A stretch of DNA of 64,000 bases from Hydrurus foetidus (lineage: Eukaryota), in assembly GCA_900617105.1 (NCBI GenBank), contig UYFQ01000023.1:310001-374000 (forward strand). Reading direction: 5' to 3'. Within the stretch, counting starts at the first letter, position 1. Every line of letters begins with the position of its first letter. A program made the position numbers and the translations under genes. The notes under the pieces were generated by a model. It was given only the letters and a program-made list of their open reading frames with translations. It did no database searches and was not told where the DNA came from. Shown one piece after another: positions 42,177 through 51,177 of the stretch.

Positions 42177-45100
42177 ATGAGCGGCCATTCCTGGCGCTCA
42201 TGGGACATGGACAGGCTGGCGATCACCGGTACATTGGTCATCGCAGCTTTGCTGGTCATCGTGCGGCTCCATTGGGTGGATATCCATCGCATTGAACGCC
42301 TCAAAATCGAAGCTCAACGCCTGTCCACACAGGTAGAAGCACTCAGCAGCAACGGTATCGTGATGAGCAGCGCCACCTTGTTGGGGGTGATGGATGACAG
42401 GGTTAAGCGCATTCTGGCCGGAATGGCAGACGCCTCAAGTCAAGACATGAGGGTCTATTTCAGCACCGTCATCAAAGAGCTCCAAGCTTTGAATGTCGCC
42501 GTCATAGACCCTCAGGGCGACGTGCAAGGCTACCTGGACATTGACAATAAAACCGCAGGTATTGGCACCCAACGCGGGCGCAGTGACCATTTCAAGCAAG
42601 CGATGAAAGGGGCATCCGCCACGTACCCCGCCATTGATACGGTTTCTGGAGAGCGCAGACTGCACTTTGCTGCACCCATTCATGACAGTGGTACCAACAA
42701 ATCCATCGTCATCGGTGTTTACGAGGTCCAAACCGGACTGGCCGTCATCGACCGCGTGCTGCAGCAGTACGGCCCACGCATGGCACTGCTGGTTTCACCC
42801 GAGGGTTTTGTTTTTTCGAGCAATGCCCACGCGCTGCAACTGAGATGGTTATCCCCCCTTACCCCAGAAGTGCAAGCAGCACAGGACAGCGAAGGGCAGT
42901 TTGGCCGCGTGTTGACCCGCACCGCCCCTCCAGTGCTGGCCGAAAAACCAACCAGCGCTTATGTCAGCTTTGAAGATAAAAACTATGTATTGGCCAGTGC
43001 CAAGCTGAACTGGGCTTCATCACGCGGGGCTTGGCAAGTCATGCTGCTGGAAAAGCGCAACGACCCCTGGGAGATGCTGGTTTGCACTGTTCTGGCACTC
43101 ACATCAAGCACATTCTTGCTGGGCTGTTACTTCTTTCTATCGCGCCACAACCGCGCACAACGCGCACTCCGACAAGCACTTCAAGCACGCCAAGAGGAAC
43201 AAGCCAAAGCCCTGGAAATCATTGCGGCGCAATTGGACTTCCAAGAGCGGCTGATGGATGCCGTGCCGACCCCCATGTTTGTGAGGGATGCCCAAGGCCG
43301 CTCCATAGGTCTGAACCGGGCCTATGAAGAGGCTTACGGCGTGCGGCGCGAAGACTTTGCAGGCAAAACGGTGATTGAAGCCCCTATTAAAACAGTAAGT
43401 TTGGCCCAGCGCGAGAAGTATTTTGCAGAGCAGCTGGACATCATCGCCACAGGTGGGAGTATCCACAACTCACGAATCATGGAATGGCAAGACGGCACCA
43501 TCCACCATGAGCTCTACTGGGGCCAAGGCATTCGCCGTGCTGACGGTTCGCCTGCGGGCATGGTCGGCGTGATGCTGGACGTGTCCAGCACGGTATACGC
43601 CAATGAGGAGCTTAAAGTCGCCAAGGAGGCAGCGGAAGACGCGGGCAACGCCAAATCGGCGTTCTTGGCCAACATGAGTCATGAGATTCGCACGCCCATG
43701 AACGCGATCATCGGTTTGGCGCATTTAGCGCTGCGCACCAACCTGGACACTCAGCAGCGCGATTACGTGAAAAAAGTACACAGCGCAGGGCAATCGTTGC
43801 TGGGCATCATCAACGACATTTTGGATTTTTCGAAGATCGAAGCGGGCAAACTGGAAATCGAGTGCATCCCCTTCAATTTGGACGATGTATTTTCCCAAGC
43901 CTCCACCATCACAAGCGCCAAAGCCTGGGAGAAAGAGTTGGAATTGCTCTTCAACGTCCCGCAAAACGTAGGCAGGCATTGGCGTGGCGACCCCTTGCGC
44001 TTGGGGCAGGTGCTGGTCAACCTCATCAACAACGCCATCAAATTCACAGAACATGGGCAGATCATGGTGACCTGCACCGCCCTGGCAACACCCGCTGGCC
44101 AAAACACAGGCCTGCAATTTGAGATAAGTGACACCGGCATCGGCATGACAGCCGCCCAATGCGCCAAGCTGTTCACGCCATTCAGCCAAGCTGACAGTTC
44201 CACCACGCGCAAATTTGGCGGCACCGGGCTGGGGTTGTCAATCTCCAAGTGCTTGGTGGAGATGACCGGTGGCGACATCGGTGTGCGCAGCGTAGCGGAA
44301 TCCGGTTCGGTCTTTCACTTCACTTGGCTTTGCGAAGAAATACCGGCCAGTGAGGCCCTCCCTGCGCGGCCCCAGGTTTTGCCCAGCGTACTGCATGGTC
44401 TGCATGTGCTGGTGGTGGACGACAACGCCGATGCACGCAACATCCTGAGCGAAGCACTGCGGCCCTTTGTGAAACAAGTCGATGCCGTCGCCAGTGGTAC
44501 CGAAGCCCTCGCTCAACTCCATGCCCGCAGCACCAGCAATACCCCCTATTCGCTGGTGATGACCGACTGGAAAATGCCTGAAATGGACGGCATCACCTTG
44601 ACGCAGCACATCAAAGCTGACCCTCAGCTGCACCCCACACCCACGGTGGTTCTCGTTACCGCGTTTGGTCGCGAAGAGGTTCGCCAACAAGCCGAACAAG
44701 CGTTGGTCGATGGCTTTTTGGTCAAACCCATCAACGCCTCCACCTTGGTAGATGCGCTTGTCCGGCTGTTTGATGGCCATACAGCGCACGAGCTGAACCA
44801 ACGCGCACCCACCGAAACCATTCCCGATTTGCACGGCTTGCGCGTGCTGCTGGTGGAAGACAACGAAATCAACCAGCAAATCGCCATTGAGCTGATGCAG
44901 TCAGCCGGTGTCGCCGTCGATCTGGCAGACAACGGCCGTATCGCTGTGGACAAGCTTCAAGCCGCTGGCCCCACGGCCTACCATTTGGTGCTGATGGACT
45001 TGCAAATGCCCGTGATGGACGGCCACCAAGCCACCCAGCTGATTCGGCAAAACCCCACGTTCAACGACCTGCCCATCATCGCCATGACCGCCCACGCCAT

Positions 45101-45932
45101 GGTGGAAGAGCGCGAGCGCTGCCTGGCAGAAGGCATGAACGACCATGTGACCAAGCCCATCGATCCCGCGCGGCTGTACCAAGCGCTACGGCAATGGGGC
45201 GAGCATGGCTTGCAACTTGACACCGACGCATCAACCCCTCGCGTGCGCCAAGTTCAAGCCAACGCCCCGCACCCAGATTCATCCAATGAGACAGCACGTT
45301 TGCAGGCAGCATTACCCCAGTTCGACATACCCGTTGCCCTGCGCCGCGTCGCGGGCAACCTCAAACTGTTCACCACCCTGCTCCACCGTTACCTGGACGA
45401 GCAGTGCAACGCCCCCGAACGCATCAGCGCCGCCGTGGCCCTGGGGGACTGGGAAACCGCTGAAATCGCGGCACACACCCTCAAAGGTGTGTCGGGCAAC
45501 CTGGGTGTACAAACCGTGCAAGACCACGCCATGCGGCTAGAGCAAGCGCTGCACAGCGGCGCCAGCACAGCCACCAACATACCCACAGAACTGCCTTCAC
45601 TGATCGAAGCAACCGCCCAAGCCATTGCCCCCGTGCAAACCGCGCTGGCAGCATGGTTCGCCTCTACCGTCGCAGACACCACCACATCGGTCAGTGTCGA
45701 TGCTATCAGCACCCAAGACCTCTCAGAGCCTCTCTTTCAAGCGGAACTCCAGCGCCTGCTTACCCTGCTGAACGAGATGGACGGCAGCGCGCTAGACGCT
45801 CTTGAGGCCTTGGCACCTCAACTGCGCACCGGCCTGCCCCCTGAGCAGATGGCACACCTGCAACACCACATTGAGCAGTTTGAGTTTGAAGAGGCAGCGG
45901 CGCTGCTGCAAGCCCTGGTCACAGCCGGGTAG
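42177..45932 (+). CDS. Hybrid sensor histidine kinase (Cache-like sensor, PAS, HisKA, HATPase, two REC, Hpt)
   Basis: Two TM segments; FLANMSHEIRTPMN, NLINNAIKFT and GGTGLGL; two receiver domains (DWKMP, DLQMP); Hpt AHTLKG. Start uncertain (42177 or 42207). Confidence 0.92.
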   Translation: MSGHSWRSWDMDRLAITGTLVIAALLVIVRLHWVDIHRIERLKIEAQRLSTQVEALSSNGIVMSSATLLGVMDDRVKRILAGMADASSQDMRVYFSTVIKELQALNVAVIDPQGDVQGYLDIDNKTAGIGTQRGRSDHFKQAMKGASATYPAIDTVSGERRLHFAAPIHDSGTNKSIVIGVYEVQTGLAVIDRVLQQYGPRMALLVSPEGFVFSSNAHALQLRWLSPLTPEVQAAQDSEGQFGRVLTRTAPPVLAEKPTSAYVSFEDKNYVLASAKLNWASSRGAWQVMLLEKRNDPWEMLVCTVLALTSSTFLLGCYFFLSRHNRAQRALRQALQARQEEQAKALEIIAAQLDFQERLMDAVPTPMFVRDAQGRSIGLNRAYEEAYGVRREDFAGKTVIEAPIKTVSLAQREKYFAEQLDIIATGGSIHNSRIMEWQDGTIHHELYWGQGIRRADGSPAGMVGVMLDVSSTVYANEELKVAKEAAEDAGNAKSAFLANMSHEIRTPMNAIIGLAHLALRTNLDTQQRDYVKKVHSAGQSLLGIINDILDFSKIEAGKLEIECIPFNLDDVFSQASTITSAKAWEKELELLFNVPQNVGRHWRGDPLRLGQVLVNLINNAIKFTEHGQIMVTCTALATPAGQNTGLQFEISDTGIGMTAAQCAKLFTPFSQADSSTTRKFGGTGLGLSISKCLVEMTGGDIGVRSVAESGSVFHFTWLCEEIPASEALPARPQVLPSVLHGLHVLVVDDNADARNILSEALRPFVKQVDAVASGTEALAQLHARSTSNTPYSLVMTDWKMPEMDGITLTQHIKADPQLHPTPTVVLVTAFGREEVRQQAEQALVDGFLVKPINASTLVDALVRLFDGHTAHELNQRAPTETIPDLHGLRVLLVEDNEINQQIAIELMQSAGVAVDLADNGRIAVDKLQAAGPTAYHLVLMDLQMPVMDGHQATQLIRQNPTFNDLPIIAMTAHAMVEERERCLAEGMNDHVTKPIDPARLYQALRQWGEHGLQLDTDASTPRVRQVQANAPHPDSSNETARLQAALPQFDIPVALRRVAGNLKLFTTLLHRYLDEQCNAPERISAAVALGDWETAEIAAHTLKGVSGNLGVQTVQDHAMRLEQALHSGASTATNIPTELPSLIEATAQAIAPVQTALAAWFASTVADTTTSVSVDAISTQDLSEPLFQAELQRLLTLLNEMDGSALDALEALAPQLRTGLPPEQMAHLQHHIEQFEFEEAAALLQALVTAG

Positions 45933-45997
45933 GTTGCCGGGCAGGTGCCGGACACAGGTCGGCCCCGCCTGCACGGCGAATCATCGACAATCCGGGC

Positions 45998-46924
45998 ATG
46001 AGTATTGCCCCCTACATCAAAGAAATCGGTCGCGGTAAAAAGGGTGCCCGTGCGCTCAGCCGCGAGCACGCTGCTGACCTGTTCACCCAAGTGCTGAGTG
46101 GCACCGTCACAGATCTGGAAATCGGTGCGTTTTGCATCGCCATGCGCATCAAAGGCGAAACGCCTGACGAGATGGCTGGGTTTTTAGATGCCACCCGCGC
46201 CACTTCCAACTTGGTGCCCACCGCCCCCGGTCAGCGCCCTGTGGTGGTTTTGCCCAGCTACAACGGCGCACGCAAGCTGCCCGCCCTCACGCCTTTGTTG
46301 GCCTTGCTGCTGGCCCGCGAAGGTCTGCCAGTGCTGATGCACGGCACCGCCACAGAAGCCAGCCGCGTTCACATTCAAAATATGCTTCCAGCGCTTTCTA
46401 TACCAGCGCAAGCAGCTACAGAATCTATAGCAAATACCATTATCGTCAACGGCAACATCGTTTTTACGCCCACCGCGCACCTCAACCCCGGTCTGACGCG
46501 CTTGCTGGAGGTTCGCCGCGTGATCGGTCTGCGCAACAGCGCCCACAGCGTGGTCAAGCTGATGAACCCCTGCGCTGGCCCCAGCCTGATCGTGGCCAGC
46601 TATACCCACCCCGAATACGCCATCAGCATGGCCGAAGCCCTGGCGCTGACGCACGCCAACGCCCTGCTGCTGCGCGGCACCGAGGGCGAGCCGGTAGCAG
46701 ACCCACGCCGCATCCCCCCGATGGAAGGCTTTGTGAAAGGCCAGCGCGTACCCCTGGAAGATATGCAGCGCGGCCCGCTGGCCACCACCGCTGACTTGCC
46801 CAAAGCGATTGACGTGGACACCACCACAGCCTACATCCAGGCCATCATGGCAGGTGAGCAAGCGGTGCCGGTGTCGATTGCGCGGCAGGTGGAACATATC
46901 TTGCATCTTTGTGCTGGACTATGA
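45998..46924 (+). CDS. ybiB: YbiB/TrpD2-like DNA-binding protein (glycosyltransferase family 3 fold)
   Basis: YIKEIGRGK.GAR.L, MRIKGE, PSYNGARK, GLRNSAH and RGTEGE motifs. Confidence 0.88.
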   Translation: MSIAPYIKEIGRGKKGARALSREHAADLFTQVLSGTVTDLEIGAFCIAMRIKGETPDEMAGFLDATRATSNLVPTAPGQRPVVVLPSYNGARKLPALTPLLALLLAREGLPVLMHGTATEASRVHIQNMLPALSIPAQAATESIANTIIVNGNIVFTPTAHLNPGLTRLLEVRRVIGLRNSAHSVVKLMNPCAGPSLIVASYTHPEYAISMAEALALTHANALLLRGTEGEPVADPRRIPPMEGFVKGQRVPLEDMQRGPLATTADLPKAIDVDTTTAYIQAIMAGEQAVPVSIARQVEHILHLCAGL

Positions 46925-47721
46925 ATATCTGTATGCATAACCCACACGCCATTGTTGGCAAATGCACCCTCGTAGGTGCGGGCCCCGGCGATCCAGAGCT
47001 GCTCACCATCAAGGCGATGAAAGCCATCCAAGCCGCTACCGTGTTGCTGGTGGACGATTTGGTCAGCGATGCCATCGTCGCCTACGCCGCCCCCACCGCC
47101 CGCATCGTCTACGTGGGCAAACGGGGTGGCTGCAAAAGCACGCCTCAGGCCTTCATCGAAAAGCTGATGGTGTTGGCGGCAAGCGAGGGCGAAACCGTGG
47201 TGCGGCTCAAAGGCGGCGACCCGTTCATGTTTGGGCGCGGCGGCGAAGAAGTCGAACATTTGCGTGCCGCCGGCGTGCAGGTGGAAGTCATCAACGGCAT
47301 CACCGCAGGCCTCGCTGCCATCACCTCGCTGGGCGCACCGCTGACACACCGCGAACACGCCCACGGCGTGGTGTTCGTCACCGGCCACGCCAAACCTGGG
47401 GATACGGGCACCGACTGGCGCATGCTGTCCGCCACGGCACGCGAAGCCAAACTCACCCTGGTGATCTACATGGGCGTGAGTGGAGCCGCACGCATCCAAA
47501 ACGAACTGCTGACAGGCTTGCCCGCCAGCACGCCGGTGGCCATCATCCAAAACGCCAGCCTGCCACACCAACGCCATGCCATTACCACGTTGGGGCAGAT
47601 GCACCACACCGTCATGGCAGAGCGACTTGCCAGCCCATCTGTGATGGTTGTGGGTGATGTGGTGCTAGGGGTGGCCTCGGTGCCGTCATTTGAAACGGTA
47701 TCAGCAGCCGCTGCGGCCTAA
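46921..47721 (+). CDS. cobA: Uroporphyrinogen-III C-methyltransferase (siroheme synthesis)
   Basis: VGAGPGDPELLT and RLKGGDPFMFGRGGEE motifs; ATGA overlap with the ybiB stop. Confidence 0.93.
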   Translation: MNICMHNPHAIVGKCTLVGAGPGDPELLTIKAMKAIQAATVLLVDDLVSDAIVAYAAPTARIVYVGKRGGCKSTPQAFIEKLMVLAASEGETVVRLKGGDPFMFGRGGEEVEHLRAAGVQVEVINGITAGLAAITSLGAPLTHREHAHGVVFVTGHAKPGDTGTDWRMLSATAREAKLTLVIYMGVSGAARIQNELLTGLPASTPVAIIQNASLPHQRHAITTLGQMHHTVMAERLASPSVMVVGDVVLGVASVPSFETVSAAAAA

Positions 47722-47813
47722 CGGTCAATTCCCGTCTGTTTGTAGACCTGTTTTTCAAATGAAATGGGAAAATACGCTGAATACCCATAGCTCGTTTTTC
47801 ATTTTGCAAAAAC

Positions 47814-48710
47814 CTACTCAGGCTTTGTTGCCATCGATCTGAAAATTGCTTCCAACTGCGGGCTCATCGGCATGTCGATGCGGTCGCCGGACGGCAAGCG
47901 GCGCAGGAACCACTTGGTGTAGGTGTGCTCCAGCTCGCCCTCGTCAGCCATGCTGTAGAACGTGGTGTCAACCAACTTTTTCATGGCGGCATCGCCCTTG
48001 CGGTACATGATGCCGTAGGGGTCGTAGGACAGGAAATCCCCCACCACCGCGTAGTCGTTGCGTACCTTGTTTTTGGTGATGATGCCGTACAGCAGCACGT
48101 CATCGGTCGCGAACGCATCGGCCTTGCCGACGGACAACAGGCTGAATGATTCGGCGTGGTCTTTGGCGGAGACGATGGTGTAGCCCAGCTTGAACTTGTC
48201 ATTCAGTTCGCGCATGGCTTTCTCGTTGGTAGTGCCCGCAGTGACGACCAACGTTTTGCCGCCCAAATCACGGAAGGTTTTGACGGCAGAGCCGCGCTTG
48301 ACCAGCAGCTTGGTGCCTGCCACAAAAGTGATGGGCGAAAACGCGACTTGCTTTTGACGCTCGGCGTTGTTGGTGGTGGAGCCGCACTCCAAATCCACCT
48401 GACCGGAGACGACGGCCTCCAGGCGGGACTCGGAGGTCACGGGTACCCACTTGATGGTGAGGGTACGGCCCAGTTGCTCGCTCATCGCGTCCACCAGCAA
48501 ACGGCACAGGTCAATGGCATAACCGATGGGTTCGTTGCGGGCTGACAGGTACGAGAATGGCACGGAAGCTTCGCGGTAGCCGAGGCTGACGGTGCTGGTA
48601 GTACGCACTTTTTTGAGCGTACCGGTGAGTTCGTTGTCGTTGCCCTGGGCACTGGCACACAGGCTCGCGAGCAGCGCGGCGATCGTCAAACTGGTTCTCA
48701 AAATCTTCAT
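47814..48710 (-). CDS. Glutamate/aspartate-type ABC substrate-binding protein (GltI-like)
   Basis: Signal peptide; LGYREASVPFSY, DLECGSTTNN.ER and AFATDDVLL motifs. Confidence 0.85.
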   Translation of the reverse strand: MKILRTSLTIAALLASLCASAQGNDNELTGTLKKVRTTSTVSLGYREASVPFSYLSARNEPIGYAIDLCRLLVDAMSEQLGRTLTIKWVPVTSESRLEAVVSGQVDLECGSTTNNAERQKQVAFSPITFVAGTKLLVKRGSAVKTFRDLGGKTLVVTAGTTNEKAMRELNDKFKLGYTIVSAKDHAESFSLLSVGKADAFATDDVLLYGIITKNKVRNDYAVVGDFLSYDPYGIMYRKGDAAMKKLVDTTFYSMADEGELEHTYTKWFLRRLPSGDRIDMPMSPQLEAIFRSMATKPE

Positions 48711-48799
48711 AAAGACTCCTAAAGCGCATCACATCCTGAGAAGGCGGTGATGCGTGCGCGGGTTGTACGCAGGTTAAGGGGACGTTGTGAGAACGCTGT

Positions 48800-50107
48800 T
48801 TAAGCGTGGGCTGGGGCAGCAACCCGTGCCGCTGCGTCCAAATTGCGGGCGTTGATTTCGGCTTCTGCCTCTGGCAACAATTCGCCTTCCCACTTGGCAA
48901 CCACGGCGGTGGCAATCGAGTTGCCCACAGCGTTGGTGGCAGAACGGCCCATATCGAGGAAGGTATCCACGCCCAAGATCATCAACAAACCGGCTTCAGG
49001 GATGTTGAACTGGTTTAAGGTGGCGGCAATCACCACCAGCGAAGCGCGAGGCACGCCAGCCATGCCCTTGGAGGTCAGCATCAGAATCAGCATCATGGTC
49101 ATTTGCGTACCGATGGACAACTCAATGTTGTACGCCTGAGCGATAAACAAGGTGGCAAAGGTGCAGTACATCATGGAGCCGTCCAGGTTGAATGAGTAAC
49201 CCATAGGCATCACGAAGCTGGAGATTTTGCGTTTCACGCCAAAACGGTCAAGCGCGTCCAAAATTTTGGGGTAAGCAGCTTCGGAACTGGCGGTAGCAAA
49301 AGACAACAAAAACGCTTCTTTGATCTGCACCAAGAGCTTGAACACACGTGGGCCCAAGAAGGTGAAACCAGCCAAAATCAACACACCCCAGAGCAAGAAC
49401 AAGCCGAGGTAGAAATCGCCCATGAAGACCGCGAACTTCAGCAAAATCTCCAAGCCGTTCACAGCCACGGTAGCGGCCATTGCAGCGAACACGGCCATAG
49501 GGGCCAACTTCATCACGTAGCCGGTGATTTTGAGCATGACATGCGAAAGTTCGTCGATGCTTTTAACCAGGGTTTTACCCGCGTCACCAAGGGCGGCCAA
49601 AGCCACGCCAAAGAACATCGAGAACACCACGATCTGCAAAATTTCGTTGTTGGCCATGGCTTCCGCAAAGGATTTGGGCACCAAATGGCTCACAAAGTCT
49701 TTCAGCGTGAATTTGGATGTAGCCAAATTCGCCGACGCACCGATATCGGGCAATGGCAAGCCCAGGTTTTTACCAGGCTGCAAGAGGTTGGCCATCACCA
49801 AGCCGAGCACCAACGAGATGAAGGAGGCGACAAAAAACCAGCCCAAAGCTTTGGCAAAAATACGGCCCACGGATTTGGCGTCGCCCATGTGCGCGATGCC
49901 CACGACCAAGGTAGAAAACACCAGTGGTGCGATCAACATCTTGATGAGGCGCAAAAAGATGTCCGACATGATGGAGATGTAGCCTGCAATGACTGCTGCG
50001 GCTTTTTTGTCTGGGTAGTTGGTAAAAATCATCCAACCGACAAGAATGCCAAGGCCCATGGCAATCAAAATATAGGCCGCTGAGGGCAGTTTTTTCTTCA
50101 CTATCAT
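48800..50107 (-). CDS. Dicarboxylate/amino acid:cation symporter (GltP/DctA family)
   Basis: FATASSEA, GYSFNLDGS, SKGMAGVPR and DMGRSATN motifs. Confidence 0.92.
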   Translation of the reverse strand: MIVKKKLPSAAYILIAMGLGILVGWMIFTNYPDKKAAAVIAGYISIMSDIFLRLIKMLIAPLVFSTLVVGIAHMGDAKSVGRIFAKALGWFFVASFISLVLGLVMANLLQPGKNLGLPLPDIGASANLATSKFTLKDFVSHLVPKSFAEAMANNEILQIVVFSMFFGVALAALGDAGKTLVKSIDELSHVMLKITGYVMKLAPMAVFAAMAATVAVNGLEILLKFAVFMGDFYLGLFLLWGVLILAGFTFLGPRVFKLLVQIKEAFLLSFATASSEAAYPKILDALDRFGVKRKISSFVMPMGYSFNLDGSMMYCTFATLFIAQAYNIELSIGTQMTMMLILMLTSKGMAGVPRASLVVIAATLNQFNIPEAGLLMILGVDTFLDMGRSATNAVGNSIATAVVAKWEGELLPEAEAEINARNLDAAARVAAPAHA

Positions 50108-50133
50108 CTCCAGTTATGTTATGGAATTTACTG

Positions 50134-51177
50134 TCAAGGTAAAAATTCGGATATCAACTTAACGTCACGACATCCGGGTGCAAAGCTCTCCAGGCTTTGC
50201 GACCAGCTCGGCTGCTCAGGCCAACTCAATGTGGCCGCCCCCAGAGCGGGGGCGTACACAGCGGTATACAAGGTGCCATAGCCGCGCTCGAAGGCGGCTT
50301 GTGCAATGGGGGCGTGCATCATCCGCGTTGCCAGCGTGGCCGAATCTGAAGATTCGGCCAAAGCCTGAGCCAACGCAGAAGCACGCTCAGACGCACGGGT
50401 GGCGCGGTCATGGTCAGGCCATTCCACCCGGTGCTGGATGTTGCTGACACTGCGCTTTTCAACCACTTCAGTTGGTCGATCGGGCGCTACAAAAACAGTA
50501 GCCCATTTGCCATGCTTGTCCAGCAGGGTGATGGTGTAGCTCATGTGGTGGGGCAAGCGTTTGAGCAGCGCCACAGCTTGACCTACATCCTCGGCCACTT
50601 CCAGCAGGTAACGCATCACCAACGGGATGCCAAAGCCTTCGCCATGCACCGTGCGCCCGCCAAAAGACAGACTCACGGCCAAGCCGGATTCATTGACACC
50701 GTCCAACACACCCCACAAGCAATCACTCATGGCCATCACGCGCTGACCCGTCCAGCGGGTGGCGAGCCACGCGCCTTCAAACAAGGCCGGGGCGAAGTCG
50801 TAGTTGCGCAGCAGACGGGCTTCTGAGGGGTTTTGTTCATCACCCAACCACACCGCTTGCGAGCAACCGGTGATGTAAGGCGGTGGGCACCACATCGCCA
50901 AAAAACGCGACACAGCATCGCCTCCGCCTTGCAAATCGGTCAACTCGCGCCACACCGGCTCTAACTCGGGCATGTGGGTGCGCAGCGCCTTGCGTGACAC
51001 GGTGTAGCTGGGCCGCGCACGGTCGCCGTCGTGCAGCCACCAGCGGTGGTAGCTGGGCCACAGCGCTTGCGCATGGGCCTGCCATAACGCGCCGGGGCGG
51101 TCTTCGGTGATGGCGTTGAACGTAAGTTGCATGGCGGCTGCGGGTGGGGCTGTAGAGGCTCTAGCGGTGGTGTTCAA
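50134..51177 (-). CDS. C45 family autoproteolytic acyltransferase/hydrolase (Ntn fold)
   Basis: Predicted G|C autocleavage site (PYITG-CSQAV); RNYD and DGVNESGL motifs. Start overlaps the stop of the upstream ATP-grasp gene. Confidence 0.8.
   Translation of the reverse strand: MNTTARASTAPPAAAMQLTFNAITEDRPGALWQAHAQALWPSYHRWWLHDGDRARPSYTVSRKALRTHMPELEPVWRELTDLQGGGDAVSRFLAMWCPPPYITGCSQAVWLGDEQNPSEARLLRNYDFAPALFEGAWLATRWTGQRVMAMSDCLWGVLDGVNESGLAVSLSFGGRTVHGEGFGIPLVMRYLLEVAEDVGQAVALLKRLPHHMSYTITLLDKHGKWATVFVAPDRPTEVVEKRSVSNIQHRVEWPDHDRATRASERASALAQALAESSDSATLATRMMHAPIAQAAFERGYGTLYTAVYAPALGAATLSWPEQPSWSQSLESFAPGCRDVKLISEFLP

Noticed and set aside
47752..47812. Bidirectional terminator between cobA and the SBP gene
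   Set aside because: Only a weak AT-rich imperfect stem with a long loop; not enough to call.
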